A stretch of DNA of 64,000 bases from Adineta vaga (lineage: Eukaryota; Animalia; Rotifera), in assembly GCA_021613535.1 (NCBI GenBank), contig CP075493.1, positions 14,136,001 to 14,200,000 on the forward strand, written 5' to 3'. The position numbers and the translations under genes are program-made. Each line of letters begins with the position of its first letter. Positions within the stretch are counted from its first letter, which is position 1. This document shows, piece after piece, positions 37,207-49,045 of the stretch. The notes beneath the pieces are model-generated. The model was not told the DNA's origin. It ran no database searches and saw only the letters and a list, made by a program, of their open reading frames with translations.

Positions 37207-40027
37207 ATGACGACGACGAATACTACAGTATTCGATTCTCTATGGTCTACCTCACTGAAACCTAATATGGAGAAGTTATTGCAAGGTTCTCACGATGTAG
37301 ACAGTTTTGAAAGCATGTATAGGAATATATACAAAATAGTACTTAATAAACACGGTGAAAAGCTTTATTGTAATACGCAGAACTTAATTCAAGAATTCCT
37401 TGTTAAAGAGGTATATTACATTATGCTGAATTTTTCATGTATTGTTCTTTTAATTTGTACAGGTGAGACAAAAACTCATCGAATCATCTTTATTAGAATT
37501 CATTGCTACACTTCAAGTAGCAGGCAACAATTATCTCAAAAGCATATTGATTATTTGTGACATTGTTATTTATATGGACCGAATCTATGCTCGAGCACAA
37601 AACCTTCTATCTGTCCGTGATTTGAGTTTGAAATTATTTCGAGAAAATATCATTCTATATCCACTTATTCATCGACAGTATTTCAAAAATGCATTGTTGG
37701 AAATGATGGCTCAAGAACGACAAGGTGAAATCATAGATAGAACAATTATGAAAGATAATTTAAATATGTTCACACAATTTAACGTTATTAAAGATAATTT
37801 CTATGATGAAGAGTTTCAATCATTGTGTTTACAACGTTTAGCTCAAATCTATGAATCTGTAAGTGAAAAGTTACTAGCTGAAAATGGTGCATTAGTATAT
37901 ATGCAAAAAGTCTATGTATTTATTAACGAAGAAACTGAACGCGTTAATTTTTATGTTGATCAATCGATAGAGAAACGTCTCATTGAGTTACTGACCGATG
38001 AATTCATCATTAAACATAAAGAACATTTGAAGGAAATGAAAAAAACAAGTATTTATCGAATGTTAGATTTGAATCAATATAAAGAATTTGAAGTTACATA
38101 CAAAATTTATCAGAGAGTACCGGGTGGTGTCGTAATTATTGCTGAATGTATTGGTAGTTATGTATGCGAAGAAGGCAAAAAATTACTTATGAAAAATGAT
38201 ATTCAAAGCAAAGATTCGATGCATCTCATTGACACTTTTTTTAATCTTAAAGAAAAATTTGATCATTTTTTGGGAAAAGCTTTTAATTCCGATTCAATTA
38301 TCGAAGAACAAATTGATTCCACTTTGGCATATCTAGTCAATTTGAATGAACATAATCAAGAATATCTTGTCTTGTTCATTGACGAACATATCAAAGATAA
38401 ACAAAATCTTTCTAATCAAAAGATTGTAGCATTGATGAGCGCAATTGTTGTGTTACATTATTTGAAAGCCGAAGATCTCGTTAAACAATATTACAATTAT
38501 TTGAAGGAAAACTCATTTTTTGATCAAATATTTCAATCAAATCAATATGAAATACTTGCAATCATTTACAAAGTTTTTCAACGAATACCTGATGGTCTAT
38601 TGATATTGATCGAATCGATGAGTAGCAATTTACGAAAACGAGGTGACGCACTCATCACTGAAAATATGACTTTATTTATACAGAATTTATTGGATTTGAA
38701 TGATATATTCGATACATTATTAACTACTTCTTTCCAGTCTAACAAAATGTTTGTAAAACGAGTCAATTCGGAGTGGGAATATATTATTCGTTTAAATGAA
38801 CATATGCCTAAATATCTTTCATTATTTATTAATAACCAACTAAAACTAATGATGATCAACAAAACGAAGTGATACTAAAGAAAATAATCAAATTTGTAGG
38901 TTATTTGAAAGAACAAGATACTTTCGAGGAATATTTTAAAGAACATCTAGCTGAACATCTTCTTTCTAAGCAATCGGCTTCGGACGATATAGAGGAATAT
39001 ATGTTATCGTTATTAACCAATACTTTTGGTAATCAGTTTACATCCAAATTAAAAGGTATGCTTCAAGATATATCATTATCGAAGTCATTAACAGAAGATT
39101 TTCGATCGCATGTCACTAAGAATGGATCCAATTTATACGGTATTGATCTTACTATACAAATTCTGAAAACAGATTGTTGGCCAATTTCGTCTGTGAATAA
39201 TCGAGGTCATTTACCGATAGAAATACAAGACGTTTATCAATGTTTGCAAGATTTCTATTTGAATAAACATAATGGTCGTCGATTAACATTACTTTCACGA
39301 TTAGGTTCAGCTGATTTGAAAACACAGAAATATATTCTTCAAGTATCAACACAACAAATGATAATCTTAATGTTATTCAATAAGAGAGATTCATGGTCAT
39401 TCGAGGTTAGTTTTTCACTCGATGAATACTTTTAGAAGATTTGTTATTTATTCTAGAATATTCTACATGAAACAGATATAGATGAGGAAGATGCGAAACA
39501 GGCGTTATTGCCATTCATTTTTAATAAGAAGACTGAGAAAATCCTGAACAAAGAACCAACAAATAATAATATTGAATTGACTGATCGCTTTTCTGTCAAT
39601 GATTTCTTTACATCAAAACTTTACCGTGTTAAAATCTATTCATTAGAGGTCAAAATCAGTCATAAACCAGAACGTGAACATATTCAAAATAAACTTGATG
39701 GTCACCGTGAAATGGAAATTCGAGCAGCCATTGTACGAATGATGAAATCATCTCAAACTATGACACATAATCAACTCATGGCCGAAGTACGTTTGGTTTC
39801 AATAGAAACATGACATTTAGCGTATAGATTGTCGTTTTTTTAGGTCATCGATACATTGAAATGTCGTTTTACACCAAGTCCAGTTTTGATTGAACGAGTA
39901 ATCGAACGATTAATCGAAGCTGATTATTTATCACGATCACAAGATGATAGGTTTGTTATAAAACGAATTATTTATTTCATTATCTGTTTATATTCTATTT
40001 AGAAAAACATACATCTATATGCCTTGA
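37207..40027 (+). CDS. Divergent cullin (CUL3-like) with an internal duplication and a 1-nt frameshift near 38843
   Basis: SFESMYRNIYKIVLNKHGEKLY, IVIYMDRIY, ERQGEIIDR, FTSKLKGMLQDI, FYLNKHNGRRLT, neddylation motif AAIVRMMKS and C-terminal IERLIEADYLSRSQDDRKTYIY. Several short introns. The reading frame breaks at taaaact (about 38841-38847). Confidence 0.85.
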
Positions 40028-40869
40028 GTGATGATTCAGATAGAAATATGACATTTCAATCTTTTCTTTGGTTATATATTTTTTGATTTAGAAAAAGAAT
40101 AAAAGCCTGTTATTTAATAGAAGCAATCCGTTCATTTTATAGTCAGTGTATATCATATTAGAATTCAGTTTTTGTGTCCTTTCATCAATGGCATCGATGT
40201 TCAGATCCAACTCTACACATTCCTAACAATTGAAAGGGAGGGTTGTAAAGAGTTTTCTTACTATTTTAACAAGTTATTTTGATAATATAGTTTTATTATC
40301 CATGAAATTTAATTTTTTTTCTTTCTTACAGCTCGTTTTGAAGGTATAGAGAACTAGAATTGAATCTGAAATAGGATCTATAATGATCTCTAATTTGCAT
40401 AAATAGATGTACTATCATTCTTACCATCAACATAATCCGCTTCGATTTCTACTGAATAATAAATGTTGAAGATAATTAAAAAGTATATCGTTTTCAACTT
40501 TGTTTTTATTATCAATCAAAAATGAATATTTATGGTATAGAATATAATTATTGTTTCTAAAATACATAACTTTCACTAAAAGGCAACACATTGTCAACAA
40601 CTCTCATTTTCCATTTTCGAATGCAATCAAAGATGAATTGTATTAATCGTGGAATGAAAAGTTTTAAAATTGCGATTAAACCACCAATCAATCCGATCAT
40701 TGTAGTCACAATATAAACTATATTTTGTCAAAGAACAATCATCCTTTTTTTTTTCATTTATCTTCTTGTCACAGTAGAAAATCAAACATATCTCTTAGTT
40801 TTATTAAAATTAAAAGAATAAAAGAGCATCGTATTCCACTCCACAATTTCAGCTTAAACGAAAAAATGA

Positions 40870-41163
40870 TCAATATCGATGAACATATTCAAATAGATAA
40901 TCTTTTGTTTTACTAGATGAAAATCCATTACCAACAATACGATCGTAAGAATCATGATCAGAAAGAAAAACATAACCATACGCCATTTTTGCCATTTGAA
41001 GTTTATCATCATCGGACGAAAGATACTTCAGTAATTGTACTACTTGTGAAGGTGTTACTGATCCAGCAGAACCTATAGCTACTTGCATCATGTGCATTCT
41101 ATTCTCAGCAGTATCGTTCTTCTTTAATGAATTGATCAAACTGTCGAACATATATGGGTTCAT
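40870..41163 (-). CDS. Stand-alone DUF4476-like domain protein
   Basis: MxxxxFDSLINSLKK..ENRM....VTPSQVVQLLKYLSSDDDKLQMAKMAY...D..SY..I...FSSSKTK follows the DUF4476 pattern. Confidence 0.7.
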   Translation of the reverse strand: MNPYMFDSLINSLKKNDTAENRMHMMQVAIGSAGSVTPSQVVQLLKYLSSDDDKLQMAKMAYGYVFLSDHDSYDRIVGNGFSSSKTKDYLFEYVHRY

Positions 41164-41437
41164 AATGTCTAGAATGATTTCGAAGAGAAATGGTTTTGAT
41201 TGATGTAATCTGTATAGAAGTTCGATATGAGAAATGAATAATAGAGAATGTTATATTAAGAATGTGTTAGAAAATAAAAGTGATATCAATGAATAAATAG
41301 AAATTCGAGACTCATGTAAATAATCAGAATGGAAAAACAGAATGGATGATTCATTGAACAATATGTTACCATCACAAATCTCATTAAGTACAAATACTGT
41401 TAAAATTCTCAAATAGTATTATGGTACTACATATATA

Positions 41438-41489
41438 AGGGTGTGGGTTTTAATTAAATATGACACTCAAACTCACACCCACCCTCAAG
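41438..41489. repeat. Hairpin copy of the telomere-like repeat
   Basis: agggtgtgggt...actcacacccaccctcaag: inverted GT-rich and AC-rich arms around an AT-rich spacer. Confidence 0.6.
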
Positions 41490-42235
41490 ACTATACGAAT
41501 AAACAATAAGAAAGGGTAGAAGAGCAAAACATAAAAATTAGAAGTGCATTTATGAAGAAAAGATCATATTGTTACACATTTTACTATTTCTGGATCAGTT
41601 TTCGTGTTTATTAAAGCAATTTATGTTGATAGATTAGTTTTCAATCGTTACTGTTTCCCACCTAAAGGTAAAATTTATACTAAACAGTGGTATTTCAATA
41701 CATTTTGAAATGACTTGACTTTTATTTAAATTTTTGATTTTTTTTCTATTTGTGTCTCGCCTACTTTCCTGATTTTCCAACATAGGCCTCTGCGAGATCT
41801 GCATATATGGAATTATAGTCTTTTATAAGTCAATAACGAGTCTCTGTCATTACTTTCTGAGACTTCCAGGTGAACGGAGATATTTAAATTTGTGATGTGC
41901 ATCTTGTAGATTGCTTTTTTTCTCATTCTTTTTATTGCCTTGGTGATACTTTAATTTTCTTTCACATCTGCAATTGTCTCGACATGTAAAATGCTTTTTT
42001 TTCACTTAACTTAAACAATACTCGTAGAGTCGTAATGATTTTATATATGGTTGAAAAGAAAATAGTTCGTAGTCAGACGATTTTTAATGAGAAAGAACAA
42101 TAAAATTCTTGAATGCATGGTAGAATTGATTGAGAAGTAGACTAATCATCTTGATAATGTGAGTGTATTTTATGAATCTACGCCTAATTACCTATTTATT
42201 ATATAGTTTTTTTTGTATATTCATAGACATTAGCG

Positions 42236-44346
42236 ATGCTTATTTATCGCAAAGAAATCGATGGATTGCGAGCACTTGCTCTATTGCCAGTTATTTTATA
42301 TCATGCAGGTTTAACCCTCCTTGTTCCTGGAGGTTACGTTGGTGTTGATATATTTTTCGTTATTAGCGGCTATCTGATTACGTCACTTATCGACATGGAA
42401 TTTAGAGAAGGAACATTCTCGCTTATTCGTTTTTATGAAAGACGTTGTCGTCGAATCCTTCCGGCATTGTATATCATTTCATGTATTATCTGCTACTTCG
42501 CCTATTACTGGATGTCCTCTGGTCAACTAAGAGAATTTGGATATTCTCTGATTTCTATTGTCACTTTTTCGTCGAATATATTCTTTTGGTGGAAAGATGA
42601 TAATTATTTTTCACGACTAACTGAATTGAATCCTGTAGTTCATACATGGAGTCTGGCTGTGGAAGAACAATTCTATCTTGTTTTTCCATTACTTTGTTAT
42701 CTGTTCGCTAGAAAGCGACGGTATCTGTTTACTCTTCTTGGATTACTTGCACTACTCAGTTTTTGTCTTGCACAATGGGGAGGCAATATTCAATCTATAT
42801 CAAATATGACATTTTATATGTTTCTACAACATTCCTGGGCATCATTTTATATGCCAATGGGACGTATGTGGGAATTGCTCCTTGGTGCATTCGTAGCATT
42901 TTACTTGAGAGTAAACGATTCAGTCACGTATGTATAATCTTCCTATAGTTTCTTTCTTCTAGTACATTAATTTCAGTAAAGAATGTGTCTGTGGTTAGTT
43001 AGAAAAAACTATGAAGTAGTTGTTAATTTTCAAAAAAAAGTTCTATCAATATATTTTAGGTCTGCAAAACCATCTAACGTCTGGACACAACTTTATGCTT
43101 TCAACTCTTGTTGATCATGACATCAGTGTTGTTACTAGACAATCGCCATATCCCTCCATTTCCAAATTGTTACACTTTAGTACCTACGTTTGGAACAGCT
43201 TTGATCATTATTTATGGAAATCATGATACTCTAGTAGGATATCTATTATCCATACGACCATTGCGTTGGGTAGACTTGATTTCTTATAGTGCCTATCTCT
43301 GGCATCAACCTTTGTTGGTTTACCTTCGTCTACAACAAGTTACAATGGCAAATGTTTCGTATAGTACATTCGTTGTTGGTGCCAGTTTTTTGCTTGCTAC
43401 ATTGACCTATGTTTTGGTCGAACAACCATTTCGTAATCGAACTCTTTTTTCTCGGAAACAGATATTTTGCTTTTCTGGATTAGGAGCATTTTTGTTATTT
43501 CTTATCGCACTTTTTCTTATTCGTACTGCCAATCATCGATCGATAATCGTAGTCAAAACCGTGCGTAACCGATCTTTAAACCTACGAGAAGAAATAGACA
43601 CATATATACAAGATATTGAACCCATCGAACTTTCCAACTATGTTACACGAAGATTTGACAGCCTTATGAAAGCTTATCCAACATTTTCAGTACAATCAGC
43701 AACGACAAATCGGAGACTTCTACTCATTGGTGATAGCTTTGCTCAAGACTTCGTGAATATGATGGTAGAAACACATCATCTAGTTGACTATGAATTACGT
43801 TGTCATTATGTTCGAGTGTATTGTCAGATTTATATGGGTCCCGAAGATCGACTTCAATGGATTTCGCCAGCACATAGACAGCTTTGCATTAATGAGAATG
43901 ATATTAGACTTGCGCTGCCACTTATCAGTCAGGCAAATCTTATCATTCTAGCAGGTCTTTGACGTGAATGGAGTGCTCAACGATTGTCAAAAACAATCGA
44001 ATTACTAAATTTAACCCAGAAGCAAAAAATCCTCGTCTTAGGAGTGAAAAAGTTTGGTCCTGTAAATTTAACTTTATATATGAACAAATCCTATGAGTAT
44101 CGTGTACAACAATTACAACCATCAGAAGATGAATTTGTTAAAGTAAATAAAATCATGAAACAAACTTTAAAATCGTCAATGTTTGTCGATGTATTGAATA
44201 TGACATGTAATTATGACAATGGTACATGTCCTGTATTTACTCCAGAAGGCAAATTAATTTCATATGATGGTTGGCATACAACGAAGCATGGCGCTCGATA
44301 TGTGGGTAACATTATTTTTAAACAATTTCCATTAAATCAATTGTAA
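42236..44346 (+). pseudogene. Bacterial-type AT3-SGNH O-acetyltransferase (OafA/YrhL-like), probably disrupted
   Basis: YRKEIDGLRALA, GGYVGVDIFFVISGYLIT, FYERRCRRILP, HTWSLAVEEQFY, ISYSAYLWHQP, SGNH LIGDSFAQD and DGWH. In-frame TGA at 43960-43962. The most obvious intron (about 42928-43059) leaves a frame mismatch near 43105. Confidence 0.8.
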
Positions 44347-45151
44347 AACAGAATCCATAGAATGAATGGCACTAATTATTCGATGTAAGCATAAAAATAT
44401 AATGAATGCAATACTGAAAAAAGAAATTCTTCGGAGTGGTACTCTTTCACATTCTGTATGAGCATAGAGATTGTTCATATCTAAACTTTATAATTATAAA
44501 CGTTATTACTGTCAGTTGATTCATCGGAAATAGTCATTTTTGGAGACAAAATAGGACTGTTAAAAATGATTTAGACGTTGACATAGCCATTCTATACTAG
44601 ATGTTAAAGTGCGTTCTTCACGTGAACAATACATATAAGAAAATAGAAGGAGAGGTTATAGATGATATTATTCTTCGAATTGGTTATCATATACAACTCG
44701 TTTTGGGTTTATACTTTTCTGTGATATTTCCTTGCATCTCCATAGTCTTTGTTTGATCGTCCACATTTTAATTGATCAAACTCAACGACGTGCATTGTAC
44801 AGTCACACTATTCTTATTTTACTCATCGTTAACTTATACCTACTCAATCAATTAGTCGTTGTTGGTTTATATCTAATCGATGAGAACACTTTCTTTTTCT
44901 ATTGTCTACCATTAATGAGTATAGTGATACATGTTTTTTCATTTCATATTATTGTTTTTCGAATAAGATATTCCAATTAACTTTGGCGGTTAGTTTATAA
45001 CTGTCCTATGAAGATGATTAATCTGCACTGCATAACTTAAAACAATTTATAATTATATTCAACTTTTTCAAACTTATATCATGAAACGATTAAACTTACT
45101 GATTTGATACATAAAAACAGTGTATTTTCAATATAAGTGATAGCATCAAAA

Positions 45152-46042
45152 CTAATTTATTTTACGACAATGAACTAAATTTAAAAAGATTTTTCGTATA
45201 TTTTTCGTTCGAAAAAATGAAGTTATTGTTATTAGCACAACTCCAATAAGTGTAAATAATGTACAATAAATTGTAGTAATAACATTTGCTTTTCTTAGAA
45301 TGATCAAAATTGTTATAATAAGCGATGGTAATCCTGTTACAGACATTATGATAACATTGATCATAATATTACGTAAGACTTGAAGATTACGATCGATCTT
45401 CTTATGAATGGTAACAATTGTGAACGGAACAACACGTGTTCTATGTTGTCTACGTAAATAAAACATTATATAGAAGTACATAAAACCAATAATTAAAAAT
45501 GGTATAAGACAACCAGTAAACATTAAATAAACAATAATAAATATTGAAGTTGAATCTATATTACACAAATATAAAACTGATTCATATTTCAATACTTTCT
45601 TCAAAAGACATGGACCAGGTATAAGTGTATAGCTGATCAACCATAATAAAAACAAGAATACAAGATGAATTTTAAATGAAAGTAAATATTTATATCGATA
45701 GCAAACAATGAATATGAACTGACTTAATGCTTGTAACATGAGAGCATATGAAATACTGGCTGCTGCAGATACCATTATATAAGAAACAATTAAACATGAC
45801 TGTGACGAAAGTGTATGATAGAATAAACCATTGATATGATTGTATAGAACAATTATGAAATAAACAGATGATGTAAGAGAAACATTGACTGCTGATAAAT
45901 GTGTAATAGTATGTGACTGATGATGAATTAAAATGATAAGGAGAAAAGGAATGATAAATAGAAGACCGAGTGTACTTAAAATTATGATCAAAAGATAAAT
46001 AATTGTAGAATATTCAATAGTAGTGATAGTTGTCGAGTTCAT
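45152..46042 (-). CDS. Intronless rhodopsin-like 7TM GPCR (divergent)
   Basis: Seven hydrophobic segments, Cys before TM3 and in ECL2, GCLIPF in TM5. Confidence 0.7.
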   Translation of the reverse strand: MNSTTITTIEYSTIIYLLIIILSTLGLLFIIPFLLIILIHHQSHTITHLSAVNVSLTSSVYFIIVLYNHINGLFYHTLSSQSCLIVSYIMVSAAASISYALMLQALSQFIFIVCYRYKYLLSFKIHLVFLFLLWLISYTLIPGPCLLKKVLKYESVLYLCNIDSTSIFIIVYLMFTGCLIPFLIIGFMYFYIMFYLRRQHRTRVVPFTIVTIHKKIDRNLQVLRNIMINVIIMSVTGLPSLIITILIILRKANVITTIYCTLFTLIGVVLITITSFFRTKNIRKIFLNLVHCRKIN

Positions 46043-46573
46043 AGTATATCGTCTGCTAGATATTTTATATTTCGTCTTTTAATGGAAAAAAAAACTAAAA
46101 AAATATCTACGAAGAATGTTGAGCGTACTTATAAATATTCCAATTGAAGAAAGGAAACATTGATATACTCTTTTATTAGTCATTTTGACACATTTTGATG
46201 ACTATTACAATGGTAGAAAAAAGGTGTCCTCATTGAAATCACGTTACTTTTACCGTCGTTTATCACGTGTCGTGAATCATATCAGTTTCCAGCACACATA
46301 TAATTGTAGATGTTTGATTCTCTTACGAAGTCTTAGTGTATAATTAAAACCTGTGGTGTGTAACCTTTTAAAGCCATTTTGAGGATATAGATGTGAATAA
46401 AATGAAAGGGAAAAGTGATACATGCAACACAAACTCATCTTCGTACATACACTATCCATATGGTCTATCTGATGTTCTCCGTTCTTTGAATACAATGAGG
46501 AAGTTTTTGATTTTTATTCTTTCTATCTGCTTGAGCTATGGTACTGTTAGCTGTATAATATGACAGAAATATG

Positions 46574-47511
46574 TTAATTTTTTCCAGAAGAATGATTCGA
46601 CGGACGAATTTCATTTCCAGTAGTTGATAATTTGTATTTTTCAAAAAAATCCATTAAAGTGTTGTAGACGACCAGTAGAATGCCGCCACCGGGTCCAAGA
46701 CGAAGAACTTTCGGCACAAAACCTTTATAAAGAGCCAAAAAACCTTCTTCTCTAGCTACAATAAATAACGACGGAATAGACCAATTGTATTTCGATGGTA
46801 AATTAGTTCGAGGTGAGTTTTGAATTCGACTTTTAACGACATCAAATGGAGTATTTAATGTCGTTCCTACACAACCTCCAATAGCTCCAGCAATGAAATC
46901 ATTAAGCATTTTAGGTTTGGCTGGTAACTGAGATTTCACTTGAAAGATGACACCAAAGTAGCCAGCATTCCAAGTAATATGTCTCATTAACGTTGCTTCA
47001 AAGCCATTGTATAAAGCGAAGATACCTTCACTTTTAATAATCTTCTTCAGACAGTCCATAGTTCCTAGAAATTTCGAATTGATTATCAGTTCGAATTCTA
47101 CAAAAGAGACATACCTGAATAGAGATGAGCATTTTGCTTATCTTGTAATCTAACTTTAACTAATTCAAATGGTACAACGATAATTGTTTCCGTCGCACCA
47201 GCACTAGCTCCAGTCAATATACTTAGACTTTGGGTAGTCTTTTCGATATGAAATAACTTTCGATAAAATTGACCCCACATATCATTGGCAGCAAATTTTG
47301 TGGCTCTCTTCGGTGTTTCCATAAAGATTGGCGGAATAATACCACGATAGAGTCGACGCATTCCTTCTTGCTTGACAATATTTCTCAGTGATGCAATTGT
47401 TCCCATACTCTTACCAACAGATAACTGAGATCTTGTCTTTACCACATCAAGTGGGTACATCGTTAGAACCTCAGTGATACCAGCAATAGCACCAGCTGCA
47501 AACGAATCCAT
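46574..47511 (-). CDS. Mitochondrial 2-oxodicarboxylate carrier (ODC/SLC25A21 family, fungal-like), intron 47065-47114
   Basis: Three carrier motifs (YPLDVVKTR, VPFELVKVR, TPFDVVKSR). METPKRATKFAANDMWG, QSLSILTGASAGATE, WNAGYFGVIFQV and KVLRLGPGGGILLVV resemble ascomycete ODC. Confidence 0.9.
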
Positions 47512-48148
47512 ATAATTGGTATTAAAAGTTACCTTGACTAAGTTTATCAATAGAGAATAATCAACGAAAACAAATAAAGTGAATCGCTCTACTGTAAAAG
47601 TTTATCAGAGAAAATATATGCGCTTCACGTGTCTAATCTACGTGAAAAATATCTATCTAATGACAAACAGAAAAGAAAGAATCAAACTGTATGTGATACA
47701 TGCACTAAAAGGAATAGAATGAAAACATTTCAATATGTCACACTTTATCGTATTTATACATGACGTGTAAAGAGTAAGAGGAAAAAACATGTTTTTAATA
47801 AGTATACTATAATAATTTCAATCCTATTCCTTTTGTATTATTTTTACTATACATATTGAATCGTTTGAGTTTTATAAGCACGAGTATCATTGCATCTTAT
47901 ATTTTTATTTCTTATCCCGTGCATGTGTCACATAAATATTGATAATAACGAAAGTTGACATAAGTTCGTATTGTTTGCATGTTGTATCAAAGAAGATACT
48001 CTCGTTCTAAACGTGTCATTTTGATTTAAGATAAAGCTTATATGATTTATTTCAAATTCAATTTAAACTCTTGTACAACTCTATTACACGATACACAGAC
48101 AAAGAAAAGTAAATAGGATTAAAAATCAAAATGTTCCAGATAAATATT

Positions 48149-49045
48149 TCAACGATTAACTGTATTGTCTGTTGGTTGAACTTGATTATGAATTCCATTA
48201 AAATAACCTAGCATAATCTTTAGAAATTTATTTGTAGTTGCAACCGTCATAATTGCAATAAATATTAAACATACTGCTGTAACAAAACCAACAATTGCAT
48301 ATGTTAACATATATAAATATCCATTTATTATTTCATAGAATATAAATATAATTGTTGGAAAACGTAATAAAATCAATATTAAAACACATACTATAATTCG
48401 TTTAATCACTGTTAAATCTCTTAAATTTCTTTGTCGTTCAATTTGACGAATATTTGTCCTTGTATGAATATATTTTGTTATTAAGATGTAAATAATAATT
48501 ATTGTTAATAATGGTACGGAATATAAAACAAGAATTAAATAAAATGAACCAACTAAATTATTATAGGGTATTAAACAATAATTTTCTCCAGGTAAACGAA
48601 TATACCATTTCAGAAATAATGTTGGTAAGATTAATATAACAGCAATTAACCATTGAATTAAAACTAAGATTAGATAGAATTTCCATGATAAAACAAATCG
48701 ATTTTTGTAGTAAATTATTCGACATAAACGATAAAATGATTGTAAACAATAACTATAATATATTGAGCATTCAAATATATCATAGAATAAACCGAAGATA
48801 TGACAAAAATTCATATCATCTAATAAAAAATCTCGAAAAAGATTTGAACTAACCATAACGAATACAGTTAATGATGTTAAAAATCCAGCTAAACATGTAT
48901 TCATTGTTAAGAATAATGAAACATCCTTTTGTCGTTCGTTGTTTTGACTTTTTAGATAAATTAAAAAAAGAATTAAGAATAAAAATATACTAATGATTAT
49001 TAATGACCAATTGATAATTATAAATATTGTTGAAATAAGTGCCAT
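48149..49045 (-). CDS. Intronless rhodopsin-like 7TM GPCR (divergent)
   Basis: Seven hydrophobic segments; SYCLQSFYRLCRII at the end of TM3; ENYCLIP in ECL2; RNLRDLTVIKRI before TM6. Confidence 0.7.
   Translation of the reverse strand: MALISTIFIIINWSLIIISIFLFLILFLIYLKSQNNERQKDVSLFLTMNTCLAGFLTSLTVFVMVSSNLFRDFLLDDMNFCHIFGLFYDIFECSIYYSYCLQSFYRLCRIIYYKNRFVLSWKFYLILVLIQWLIAVILILPTLFLKWYIRLPGENYCLIPYNNLVGSFYLILVLYSVPLLTIIIIYILITKYIHTRTNIRQIERQRNLRDLTVIKRIIVCVLILILLRFPTIIFIFYEIINGYLYMLTYAIVGFVTAVCLIFIAIMTVATTNKFLKIMLGYFNGIHNQVQPTDNTVNR

Noticed and set aside
1-44346. TGA-to-Trp recoding, suggested by in-frame TGA at probable Trp positions in PTR2 (about 160), ART-TPR (22755) and AT3 (43960)
   Set aside because: The same genes also carry frameshifts, TGG is used normally, and intact genes (arrestin, exonuclease, P2X) terminate at TGA. 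Ordinary TGG-to-TGA mutation is sufficient.
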